A stretch of DNA of 64,000 nt, taken from an uncultured Clostridia bacterium (GTDB taxonomy: Bacteria > Bacillota > Clostridia > TANB77 > CAG-508). The stretch lies in the NCBI GenBank assembly GCA_934182465.1, contig CAKPRG010000003.1:109542-173541 (forward strand), read 5' to 3'. The notes below the pieces were generated by a model. The model did not search any database. It worked only from the letters and a program-made list of their open reading frames with translations, and had not been told where the DNA came from. Shown piece by piece: positions 53,559 to 62,993 of this stretch (the first letter of the stretch is position 1; each line of letters begins with the position of its first letter). The position numbers and the translations under genes were made by a program.

Positions 53559-56345
53559 TTAGAATCCATTTTTATCTATCCACTTTAATTTATTTATTAT
53601 AGACCAATCAGTTATATTGTTATTATTGTCTAAATAAACTTTTTGAAGTGAGCCTCCATTTGCTTTATTCAAGTTTTTTATAATATCCAAATTTCTATAG
53701 TTTGCTACATTACCGTTTTCATCTTTTTCTTGGTAATTATCATACAAAACATTATTCTCTAAATTCAATTCTTCTAAATTTTTCAAATTTGATAATTGTT
53801 TTATAGATGTTATTTTATTTTCTTGTAAATATAATTTTTTCAAGCTTGTTAATTTTTCAATACCATCTAAGCTTTTTATCGATTGTCCTCTTAAATACAA
53901 TTCTTGGAGATTTGGTAAATTTGCTGTGTATAAACCTGTTACATCTAAATTGTTTGAATTAATATTATTGCTCCAATAATTCAAACTTAATACTAGTAAA
54001 TTTGGTAAATTTATATTTTGAGGTATTGATAATACCCCATACTTACCAAATTCATCATCATAAAAATATTTTAAACTCTGATTACCTGAAAGTTGTCGAA
54101 ATAAATTATTATATCCATCTGGATTTAGTCCAGAAGCATTTATTGTAATTTTTTCTAAATTTGATAAACTAGATAAATCTGGATAAACTGTAAATCCATT
54201 TGAACTTTGATAATAAAAGTCAATTGTCTTTACTGATATTGGTAATTTTACAGTATATAAACCTGGCTTATTCATCCTTACAGATGTAAGTTTTGTACAA
54301 TTAGTTAAATCTAAAGTGTAATTTTGATTATTAGCATTATATGCATCTTGATATGCATAGCTTAAACTAGTAATCTCTGTACAATTTTCTAATTGCTTTA
54401 ACAATTTTTCTTTTCCTCCTAAAGAAATTCCACAATTTGACCAAATATTATATAAAGTTGTACTACCACTACATCTACTTATTGTTGGTTGTATTTTCGT
54501 AATATCAATATTTTCATTGTTTATTACTAATTGTCTCATTGTTGTAATATTATTTAATAAAGTTAAATCTGTAATATTTGTATTTCTTAAATCAATTTCA
54601 ATCAGCTTTTTAAAATCTTTTGCAAAATCAATTATTGATAAACCTGAAACATTATATAAACTCAAATATTTTAATTCTGTTAGTTCTTTTAAAGTGTCAT
54701 TTACAATTGTATTAACTGTAGAATCGCTTAATTTATTATTACTTGAATCCACTAAATTCAAATTATTTAATTTTAAATTATTTATTTTTTTATAATTTTT
54801 AATTAACTTAAAATTTTCTTCAGATAATGTTTGATTACTTAAATCTAAAACAGATGTACTTTCATTTAATAAAAGTAAAGTATATTTACTTGGAATAGAG
54901 CAATTTGAACCACAATTATTTATTATATTTACAATAGAATATAAACTATCTGCATTCATATTTTCACACCCAGTCAAATATAGGCTTCTTATTCCAGTAT
55001 ATTGACTTAAATAAGAAACATATTTTAAATTACTATTATTTTTCAAATTAATATAGTACAAATTATTATTGTTTTTTAAATATGCTAATGCATTTTCTTC
55101 ATTTTTTTCTGTTTCATTATCTCCAAGTTTATTTCCATTTACAAACAAATATCTTAGATTTGTCATATCTTGCAAACCATTCAGAGTAGTAATTTCATTA
55201 CATTCCCCTCTTAATAAATATAAATTTTTAAAATCTTTTAATGCTTCAAAACTTGCTATTTTATTATTATTTATTAATAAATATTGTATTGATTCTTTTG
55301 TATTTTTAGATAAATTCTTCAAGCATGAAATATCATCTAAATTTGATTTCACACCACTTGATTGTTCACTTGTAAAAATATTTTGCCAAATTGGATTATA
55401 TCCAAAAATACCAAAATAATATAAATTTGATAAGTCAGTTTCTCCAATTCCTTTAGTGCTATCACATAATGTTGCTAATTGTTCATTTGCGTTAATATTG
55501 TTGCTACTTAATAGTAAATATAAAGTTTTCAACTTACCGACTTTTTTCAAAGCTGAATAATCATTAATTTTACAATTTTGAAAATATATGTAATCTAAAT
55601 TTATAGCATCTTGTAATCCTTCTAAATCTTCTTTTTGTATATTTACAAAATTAATTTCTTTTAATGATCCTAAATTCGATATCTTAGTTAGATCAATATT
55701 TGAATCAGATATTGTTATAGATGTTACAGTTCGAATATCATTTAAAGTTATATCATCTTCTTTTCCTAAAACTTTTAACCAATCTGCATCTTTATCTTTT
55801 GAAAAAACAACTTTGCTTAATTCTGTTGTTTTAGCAGTATCTGTTGCTCCTATTCTATTTTCATTATTTTTTGAACAATAATATATTTTTAAATCACTAG
55901 TTACACCATAAATATCTTCAAATTCTGCATATATTCCTTTTCCTGTTAAACTATTCTCTCCACCTTTCAATTGTTTAGCAATTTCTTCTGGAAGTGCTGA
56001 TTTCTCAATAAAATAATATTCTTTGTATGAACTTGTATCTAAGAAAAAATATGAACTGTTTTTTGCTCTTTGAAAATATTTTTTCGTATTTGATTCATTT
56101 ATTAATCCATCTAATTTATTATCATATTTTTCTACTTCATCATAATATTTCACATATTCTGTTTGTAAAAATTCTTCTAATACAGCAACACTTTGCATAT
56201 ATGTTGCATTTTGTGCTTGTGTTATTATTCCATTATCTCCTATTGTTGCATTTAAACTTACACCTGCTAAAATCAGCATTACTATAATGGAAATTACTAG
56301 TGCTATTAATGTTATACCATTTTGAAATAATTTTCTTTCGTTCAT
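53559..56345 (-). CDS. large leucine-rich-repeat (LRR, internalin-like) protein with N-terminal pilin-like hydrophobic anchor
   Basis: 928 aa; multiple LxxLxLxxN 22-aa repeats; N-terminal NGITLIALVISIIVMLILAG. Confidence 0.6.
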   Translation of the reverse strand: MNERKLFQNGITLIALVISIIVMLILAGVSLNATIGDNGIITQAQNATYMQSVAVLEEFLQTEYVKYYDEVEKYDNKLDGLINESNTKKYFQRAKNSSYFFLDTSSYKEYYFIEKSALPEEIAKQLKGGENSLTGKGIYAEFEDIYGVTSDLKIYYCSKNNENRIGATDTAKTTELSKVVFSKDKDADWLKVLGKEDDITLNDIRTVTSITISDSNIDLTKISNLGSLKEINFVNIQKEDLEGLQDAINLDYIYFQNCKINDYSALKKVGKLKTLYLLLSSNNINANEQLATLCDSTKGIGETDLSNLYYFGIFGYNPIWQNIFTSEQSSGVKSNLDDISCLKNLSKNTKESIQYLLINNNKIASFEALKDFKNLYLLRGECNEITTLNGLQDMTNLRYLFVNGNKLGDNETEKNEENALAYLKNNNNLYYINLKNNSNLKYVSYLSQYTGIRSLYLTGCENMNADSLYSIVNIINNCGSNCSIPSKYTLLLLNESTSVLDLSNQTLSEENFKLIKNYKKINNLKLNNLNLVDSSNNKLSDSTVNTIVNDTLKELTELKYLSLYNVSGLSIIDFAKDFKKLIEIDLRNTNITDLTLLNNITTMRQLVINNENIDITKIQPTISRCSGSTTLYNIWSNCGISLGGKEKLLKQLENCTEITSLSYAYQDAYNANNQNYTLDLTNCTKLTSVRMNKPGLYTVKLPISVKTIDFYYQSSNGFTVYPDLSSLSNLEKITINASGLNPDGYNNLFRQLSGNQSLKYFYDDEFGKYGVLSIPQNINLPNLLVLSLNYWSNNINSNNLDVTGLYTANLPNLQELYLRGQSIKSLDGIEKLTSLKKLYLQENKITSIKQLSNLKNLEELNLENNVLYDNYQEKDENGNVANYRNLDIIKNLNKANGGSLQKVYLDNNNNITDWSIINKLKWIDKNGF

Positions 56346-56829
56346 CCGTGTTTTTCCTCCTATGTTTTTTATAATTATTTAGGAGAAATATCTTCACACT
56401 TAATATTTCTCCTTTTAAATCCATAAAAAACAAATAGTCTAATGACTTTTGCTTTCCTATTTGAAAGAAAACCATTTCAAAACTTTCCTTTATTCTATTT
56501 TTATGGATTTTCTTTAAGTTCAATGCTTAAAGAAAATAAAAAAAGACATGAATCAGTATATTTTTATATACTTTCATATCTTTTTTTATTAATTATTTTT
56601 TACATAAAAAAACTTTTATAATCTAAAGTGTTGACTTGAAATTTAGTAAATGGTAGAATTTTATTAAATGAAAACAATCTTTAAGCATTGAAATTAAAGA
56701 TTGTTTTATTTTTATATTGATTTCTGTATACCATTTAGTAACGCTTTTATATAATATAAAGTTTAAATAGCTTTCAAAATTGTAAAAAAAGATGTAAAAT
56801 ACATTTCTATATTTTACATCTTTCTCATT

Positions 56830-57162
56830 TTATTTAGATTCCCAACGAAACATTTTTATATCTTTATATTTATCTAATATTTTCATATATTTTTGATATT
56901 CTTCTTCCCATAATGCATCTGGAACTTTATCAAATGCCGAAAATATTTTATCTGCCTCTTGCAAAAATATAATTTGTTGTTGAGGTGATAGTTTATCGTA
57001 TTTTATACTAAAAGCATATAATTTATCTAATGTTTCATTTGCTTTTATAAATGACCAAAAATCGGTTACATTCATACCTGCCATTTTTATTTGAGCTACA
57101 GCTAACACTGTTAAAAATAGTATTACTGTTAATAGTATAAAAATTACTGCTAAAAATTCCAT
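56830..57162 (-). CDS. hypothetical membrane-anchored protein
   Basis: N-terminal TM; ORF with downstream hairpin 56672-56712. Confidence 0.35.
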   Translation of the reverse strand: MEFLAVIFILLTVILFLTVLAVAQIKMAGMNVTDFWSFIKANETLDKLYAFSIKYDKLSPQQQIIFLQEADKIFSAFDKVPDALWEEEYQKYMKILDKYKDIKMFRWESK

Positions 57163-57346
57163 ATTACACCAGCCTTCTTTTGTTCTTTGAAGATTATAAC
57201 ATATTACTTTTTTTAAATCAATATTTATTTAATATACATCTATTAAATTTTTTATCTACAATTTTGTTTTTATTATTCATACACAGTAACCAAATTAATT
57301 TTTCTTTCATATTATTTACTATAACTAATAAAGGAGGTTATTTTTA

Positions 57347-57730
57347 ATGAGAAGATGCTGTAACAATAGAAATAGCAACACAAATAATAGTAACTATTAT
57401 AATCCTAGAACAGGTTGTGGTTGCAATTTATATAATATAAATAATATTACTCCCAGAAATTCTAACTATTCTTGTAGCTCAGAACTTGACGAATGCGAAT
57501 GTGGCTTCTCTAACTCAAGTAGCGAGATGTTTACGCAAAACCCAATGTACGGTCACGCGTATGTGCCTAATCAAAAAATGGGAAACGTTTTTAACCAAAA
57601 TTGCGGATTAGCAAATGGAACTATTTTTCCAGAACTTGTTAGTCCTTATGCTCCAAATGATTCTGTAATTGAAGCAGAATATTTAGAATCAAATGTAATA
57701 GAAAGTGGGTGTGAAAATAATGGCATGTAA
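57347..57730 (+). CDS. cotJA: spore coat-associated protein CotJA with N-rich N-terminal extension
   Basis: AYVPNQKMGNVFNQNCGLANGTIFPELVSPY matches CotJA core; AAAGGAGG RBS. Confidence 0.6.
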   Translation: MRRCCNNRNSNTNNSNYYNPRTGCGCNLYNINNITPRNSNYSCSSELDECECGFSNSSSEMFTQNPMYGHAYVPNQKMGNVFNQNCGLANGTIFPELVSPYAPNDSVIEAEYLESNVIESGCENNGM

Positions 57731-57986
57731 TTGTAGTTGTAACAATTCTAATCAACAACAAATGCTTATGCAAATTCGTGAATTAAAATTTTCTGTTAAT
57801 GATTTAGCTCTTTATTTAGACACTCACCCTTGTGATAAAAGAGCTATAAGACTTCATAATGAATATAGTAATCAGCTTAGAAATTTAACAGACGAATATC
57901 AAAGAAAATTTGGGCCATTAACAATTGAATGTCCTTGCAATAAATGGCGTTGGATAGATTTACCTTGGCCTTGGGAAAGGAGTTAA
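57720..57986 (+). CDS. cotJB: spore coat protein CotJB
   Basis: LYLDTHPCDKRAIRLHNEY...KFGPLT...PWPWE conserved CotJB motifs. Confidence 0.75.
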   Translation: MACNCSCNNSNQQQMLMQIRELKFSVNDLALYLDTHPCDKRAIRLHNEYSNQLRNLTDEYQRKFGPLTIECPCNKWRWIDLPWPWERS

Positions 57987-57989
57987 ATT

Positions 57990-58664
57990 ATGTGGACTTA
58001 TAATAAACATTTACAATACCCTATAAATATTCGTACACCAAATCCAAAGCTTGCTCAAATTATTATTTCTCAATATGGTGGTCCTGATGGCGAGCTTGGT
58101 GCTTCTTTAAGATATCTTTCTCAAAGATTTGGTATGCCAGATCAAAAATCTAAAGCTGTTTTAAACGATATTGGCACTGAAGAACTTGGGCATTTAGAAA
58201 TGGTAGGAACTTTAGTGCATCAATTAACTAAAGGTTGTAGTCCTCAACAAATGCAAGAATTAGGTTTAGGGGCATATTATACAGATCATGGATTTGGTGT
58301 ATATCCACAAGCAGCTGCTGGATTTCCTTGGAATGCTGCAAGTATTGCTGTAAAAGGTGATCCTGTTGCTGATTTAACAGAGGATTTAGCAGCAGAACAA
58401 AAAGCTAGAGCAACTTATGAAAAATTAATTGATCTTTGTAAAGATGATCCAGATGTACTTGATGTTCTTAGATTTTTAAGAGAAAGAGAAGTCGTTCATT
58501 TTCAAAGATTTGGTGAAGCTTTAAATAATGTTCAAGATAAACTTGCTGAAAAGCGTTGGTATACTGGCATGGGAAATAATGCAATAAATGGTATAAATAC
58601 TTTAAATAATTTTAACAATAATAATGATAATAATAATTCTTGTGGTTCTTGTAACAATTTTTAG
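57990..58664 (+). CDS. cotJC: spore coat protein CotJC (manganese catalase/ferritin-like family)
   Basis: MWTYNKHLQYPINIRTPNPKLAQ...YGGPDGELGASLRYLSQRF...GTEELGHLEM...LRFLREREVVHFQRF. Confidence 0.9.
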   Translation: MWTYNKHLQYPINIRTPNPKLAQIIISQYGGPDGELGASLRYLSQRFGMPDQKSKAVLNDIGTEELGHLEMVGTLVHQLTKGCSPQQMQELGLGAYYTDHGFGVYPQAAAGFPWNAASIAVKGDPVADLTEDLAAEQKARATYEKLIDLCKDDPDVLDVLRFLREREVVHFQRFGEALNNVQDKLAEKRWYTGMGNNAINGINTLNNFNNNNDNNNSCGSCNNF

Positions 58665-58778
58665 AATATTTGAAAAATAAGTGGACATATACGTTTGCAA
58701 ATGTATTTTATTAAATTATACTTTTGCAAATAATGTCCACTTTTATTTTATAAATTGAAAATTTTATTAATTTTTGTT

Positions 58779-59291
58779 TTATAAATTTATAAAATTGTAT
58801 TCAATACACTTTTCCTCTAATAATTTAAAATTGCAACATCTAGCTTTTATATTCTCTGGCAATTTTTCATTGTTGTATAATTGATACAATTTAAACGATT
58901 TATTTTTTACTTGCTTATAGTTTGCATTTAACCATTCTAGCTGTTCTCTTAATAATTTTTGATATTTTAATTCCGCAATAGTTAAAGTTTCTTTATTTAA
59001 ATCTACTAAAGAGTAATTTTTAGGAGTTACTGGTATCATATTATTAAAATTCACAGCTCCTAATTCGCCATCTTTGATTTTGAAAAAATCTACTGTATTT
59101 TTCATATTTCTGTGTTTAATTTTAGGACTTGATAATGGAGCAAAATATTCACAAGAATCTATTTTAAATAATATTCCTATAAACGGTCTCAATTCTTTTT
59201 CATTTTTATTATAAGATACCTTATTATCAAATTCTCTTAAATAATCACAATACTTTGAATCAACTCTAACAATTTTTAAATTTATAATCAT
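58779..59291 (-). CDS. toxN: type III toxin-antitoxin toxin, ToxN/AbiQ-family endoribonuclease
   Basis: KYCDYLREFDNKV...PFIGILFKI...YFAPLSSPK matches ToxN/AbiQ N-terminal signature; preceded by tandem repeats and terminator. Confidence 0.85.
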   Translation of the reverse strand: MIINLKIVRVDSKYCDYLREFDNKVSYNKNEKELRPFIGILFKIDSCEYFAPLSSPKIKHRNMKNTVDFFKIKDGELGAVNFNNMIPVTPKNYSLVDLNKETLTIAELKYQKLLREQLEWLNANYKQVKNKSFKLYQLYNNEKLPENIKARCCNFKLLEEKCIEYNFINL

Positions 59292-59352
59292 TATAAATTA
59301 CCTCCTTAGCATTTTTATTATATATTATAGTAAAAAATATAGCAATATAAAA

Positions 59353-59376
59353 GGATTAGAGTTTTACCTCTAATCC
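59353..59376 (-). terminator. terminator hairpin between antitoxin repeats and toxN (GGATTAGAG-loop-CTCTAATCC), T-runs on both sides
   Basis: 9-bp perfect stem; TTTTAT after it on minus strand, C3T6 after it on plus strand. Confidence 0.7.
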
Positions 59377-59388
59377 CCCTTTTTTAAG

Positions 59389-59493
59389 TTCCAATTTATG
59401 GCTGGAAACACCGCTTTTTCAAATTCCAATTTATGGCTGGATTCACCGCTTTTTTAAGTTCCAATTTATGGCTGGATTCACCAACTTTTTTTA
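59389..59493 (-). ncRNA. toxI: ToxI/antiQ-like antitoxin RNA: three tandem 35-nt repeats
   Basis: TTCCAATTTATGGCTGG(A/T)(A/T)(A/T)CACCGCTTTTTT(C/A)A(A/G) begins at 59389, 59424, 59459 (period 35); immediately upstream of terminator and toxN. Confidence 0.7.
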
Positions 59494-59679
59494 TTAAAGC
59501 AATAATATTATATGCAAGATTTACAAATTTATTGCTTACTGTAATTAATAATATAACATATTTTTTATTAATAATCAATATTTTTTGCATATTTTATTAA
59601 AAGTTCCTGCAATAAAACTTGTACAATGTTTTGCTTTAATGCATCAATTGCTCTTAATATTCCAATTTATTTCTTTCCA

Positions 59680-60378
59680 TTATTGTTCTTCTTTTAATAC
59701 ATCTATATCAACAGCATATTTTGACAAATCTTGACTATTAATATACACAGGAAATTGTTTTATATTTTTTTCTTCTATAATTCTTTCTGGATTTTTCCAA
59801 ATATTTTTACTTTTAAATTTATATTTTTCACCATTTAAAGGACTATTCCATTCACAAATAATATTATAAGGATTTCTTCCATTTACCATATATGTAGTAT
59901 TCAAATCAGTTCTAACATAGTCTGCATATATCAAATCTCCATTTTCTTTTAAAAATTTTTCATCTTGTACTTTTTTTATATTTACAAATATTCCTACAAC
60001 TCCACCTAAGAAAAAAATCATTCCAAATCCAGGAAATAACAAAAATAATTTATCTAATGATTTCATTCCTATCTTATTTGGATTATCTTTATCATAATAT
60101 ATTTTTATTTCTTTCCCTTCATAAAAATCAAAAGAATATCCATTTAACTTTGATCTATATTTTTTTCCTGCAACTGTATATGAAACATATACATCATGTT
60201 CTACATCATCATTATTATTATCTGTATGTGTTACTATTTCTTCAATAGTGCCAGTTGTTTCTATTTTATTTTCATAATTAAATATATTTCCACACAAAGC
60301 AATTCCAATTAAACAAAATATTGCTCCAACAATAACAAATATAACCCATAATAAAATATCTAATTTATTTTCTTTCAT
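59680..60378 (-). CDS. DUF3592-like two-TM membrane protein
   Basis: Two TM helices flanking a beta-rich domain. Confidence 0.4.
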   Translation of the reverse strand: MKENKLDILLWVIFVIVGAIFCLIGIALCGNIFNYENKIETTGTIEEIVTHTDNNNDDVEHDVYVSYTVAGKKYRSKLNGYSFDFYEGKEIKIYYDKDNPNKIGMKSLDKLFLLFPGFGMIFFLGGVVGIFVNIKKVQDEKFLKENGDLIYADYVRTDLNTTYMVNGRNPYNIICEWNSPLNGEKYKFKSKNIWKNPERIIEEKNIKQFPVYINSQDLSKYAVDIDVLKEEQ

Positions 60379-60687
60379 TTTTAGTATCCCCAATCTATTT
60401 TATTTTTTATACAACTTCTATACTATTATTGAATTTTTACTTCATCAAAATTATACCTTTGATTGTTGAATCCAATAATTTTACAAATTCTACTGCATCT
60501 TGTTTTATGCCTACTACTATCTATTTTTATACTGCTATGAAATAATACTTCTATATCTTCTAACATACATTTCCTCCTTAAATTTTATATATTAGCATTA
60601 TATCATAAAATTTTTTCAATGTGCAATAAATCAAAAAGTAATCCCCTCACAAAAAGTGAAGGGATTTTTTTCTTGTTCTTATAACGT

Positions 60688-61890
60688 TTAATTTGCAATT
60701 TTTTGAGTAATCATTGGTGTATCTTCTGTTATTCTTTCAAAAGTATATCCATTTTCTTTTCCAAAATGAATTATGTCTTTTAATGCATCTAGTGTTTTTT
60801 TGTTTCCAGCAAAATCATGCATTAATACCATATTTATTCGTCCTTTTTTAAACCCTTTTGTTACATTAGAATATACAGCTTCTGAAGTCTTTACATCTCC
60901 AGAATCTCCTGAAGAGACATTCCAATCATAATATTTATATCCTTTTTCTAACATTGCTTCAGCAAGTTTTGTCATTATTCCAGGATTAAATCTGCTAACT
61001 GTATTTGAACTACCACCTGGAAATCTCATAATTTTAGTATCTACACCAGTTGTTTCTTTAATTTTTTGATTTAAATTTGTAAAATTACTTACACCATCTT
61101 CTAAAGATTTATATATTTCTTTATATTTATGTGATGTTCCATGTAATGCTATTGTATGGCCTTCTGCTATTTCTCTTTTTATCAATTCTTCTCTTTTTGA
61201 ACCTACTGTATAATCCAATACAAAAAAAGTTGCCTTTACATTTTCTTCTTTCAAAATATCCAAAATATGTGGAGTTATATCTGTACTTGGGCCGTCATCA
61301 AATGTTAAATAAATAACATTTTGATTTTGTGGTTCTTCATTTTCTATAATAATTCTTTCTTCAGAAACAGAATTTCCTGAAGAATCTTTTGCTGTATATA
61401 TTAATTTGTATTTATGTTCTGCTATATTTTCTTTTGTAATTTGAACATTTGCAGTAATATCTCCATCATAATTATCTGTTGCTTCATATCCAGGTTCTTC
61501 ATATTTTTGATTAACTGATAGATTTGTAATTTTATTACCTTTTAAATTAATTGTTGGTGCTACATCATCTATTACATATACATTTCTAGTTGCATATTCT
61601 TTTCCTTTAATTAAATAATGTACTTTACAATTTCCTACTTTATTTGTATCTACATCACTTTTTATTTCTAAATCATTTGAAATATCTTTATTATTCTTTA
61701 AAGCTATTGCACCACTTTCCTCATAATTATTACCAACTTCAATTTTCAAATTTGTATCTCCATTTAATTGTATAATTGGTTCTTGTATTGCATAATATAT
61801 TGCAAGTGAACTTCCAACAACAATTCCTAAAATTAAAATTGCTAATATTATATATAGCATTACTTTGCCATTAAAATTTTGTACTTTCAT
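60688..61890 (-). CDS. membrane-anchored polysaccharide (peptidoglycan) deacetylase, NodB/CE4 family
   Basis: LTFDDGP, HGTSH, N-terminal TM, Ig-like domains. Confidence 0.78.
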   Translation of the reverse strand: MKVQNFNGKVMLYIILAILILGIVVGSSLAIYYAIQEPIIQLNGDTNLKIEVGNNYEESGAIALKNNKDISNDLEIKSDVDTNKVGNCKVHYLIKGKEYATRNVYVIDDVAPTINLKGNKITNLSVNQKYEEPGYEATDNYDGDITANVQITKENIAEHKYKLIYTAKDSSGNSVSEERIIIENEEPQNQNVIYLTFDDGPSTDITPHILDILKEENVKATFFVLDYTVGSKREELIKREIAEGHTIALHGTSHKYKEIYKSLEDGVSNFTNLNQKIKETTGVDTKIMRFPGGSSNTVSRFNPGIMTKLAEAMLEKGYKYYDWNVSSGDSGDVKTSEAVYSNVTKGFKKGRINMVLMHDFAGNKKTLDALKDIIHFGKENGYTFERITEDTPMITQKIAN

Positions 61891-62107
61891 TTTTAACTCC
61901 CTACTTTATTACTTTAATTAGTATGTTTAATTTTTATAACATTATTCTGTTTGTATATTATACACCTTATATAAATTAAAAGAAACACATTTAATAAATT
62001 CTTAATAAATATTTTATTTAAATTTGCTATATATTTTTTTTGACATGCCGCGTAAGTTTCTATAATTCATTCTTTTAAATCATATATTCTAAAGATAAAT
62101 TATATAT

Positions 62108-62836
62108 TTATTCTTTTATTTCAAACTCTGGAAATCCCATATACCCTGGTGCAATAGCATATTTATCAAAAATTATAACAACATTACCATTTTCATTTAT
62201 ATAAAAGTTTTCATTTTCCGAAACACCATTAAAATAATTATCTTCACCTTTTCCTTGCATATCATTTTTATAAAAATATTTTATATTTTTATTTTCACTT
62301 TCTTGTTTTTGGATTTCATTATAAATTTGCTTATCAACTATTTCTTTCCAATTTTTTCCTAGCATATCTTTTAAATTTATTTTTTCACCATTTTCTATAT
62401 TGTAATTGAATGTATGAATTTCTGTAAAACTAGAATTTACTCCCTCTTCTTTTTTTAAAACAAAAGATAATTTTTTATTATCATTATATTTTATTTCATA
62501 ATCTATTCTAATATTATTTTTACAAAAAATTTTTCCCTGATTGTTATTCATTATTTCTAATTTTTCTTGTAAATTTTCTGATGTAGATTGTTCAGACAAA
62601 TTTGAAATTTCATTTACTATTAATTCTGCTATTTTTTCTTGTATTTCTTCAGAACGAACTTCTTCTGATATTGGTATTTTTGCCTCTTGGCTTGTTTGTG
62701 CAGTAATCTTATTCTTATTTTTAAACAAATTTGTTATTATGGAATTTTTTATATTAGTTTTGCTTAATACATAAAAATTTAGCGAAACTATAATAATTGT
62801 AAAAATAAGAATTAATACTAAAAATTTCTTTTTCAT
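62108..62836 (-). CDS. DUF4163/DUF3298 (RsiV-like) domain protein
   Basis: C-terminal KYAIAPGYMGFPEFEI resembles DUF3298 core; N-terminal TM. Confidence 0.45.
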   Translation of the reverse strand: MKKKFLVLILIFTIIIVSLNFYVLSKTNIKNSIITNLFKNKNKITAQTSQEAKIPISEEVRSEEIQEKIAELIVNEISNLSEQSTSENLQEKLEIMNNNQGKIFCKNNIRIDYEIKYNDNKKLSFVLKKEEGVNSSFTEIHTFNYNIENGEKINLKDMLGKNWKEIVDKQIYNEIQKQESENKNIKYFYKNDMQGKGEDNYFNGVSENENFYINENGNVVIIFDKYAIAPGYMGFPEFEIKE

Positions 62837-62993
62837 ATTTTTAATTCCTTTTCTCTTTTTATTATAGTTTCGCCAACATTTTTTACATATATACATATAT
62901 ATGTAAATTTTTTTAAATTTTTCATAACAAAATATATTTTTATTTAATTATATCTACTAATATTTTATATTAATTAAACATTATTTTGATATC

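Noticed and set aside
56620-56712. SigmaA-like promoter (TTGACT-17-TAGAAT) directly followed by a hairpin as a tiny sRNA
   Set aside because: The hairpin is equally well explained as the terminator of the minus-strand gene 56830-57162. There is no supporting conservation.
59389-59493. Possible CRISPR array
   Set aside because: The repeats are contiguous with no unique spacers. They are adjacent to a ToxN gene with an intervening terminator. No cas genes are present.
59396-59590. 64-aa ORF on minus strand overlapping the 35-nt repeat array
   Set aside because: It lies entirely within the ToxI-like repeats/promoter region and has a low-complexity sequence. The repeats are better explained as antitoxin RNA.
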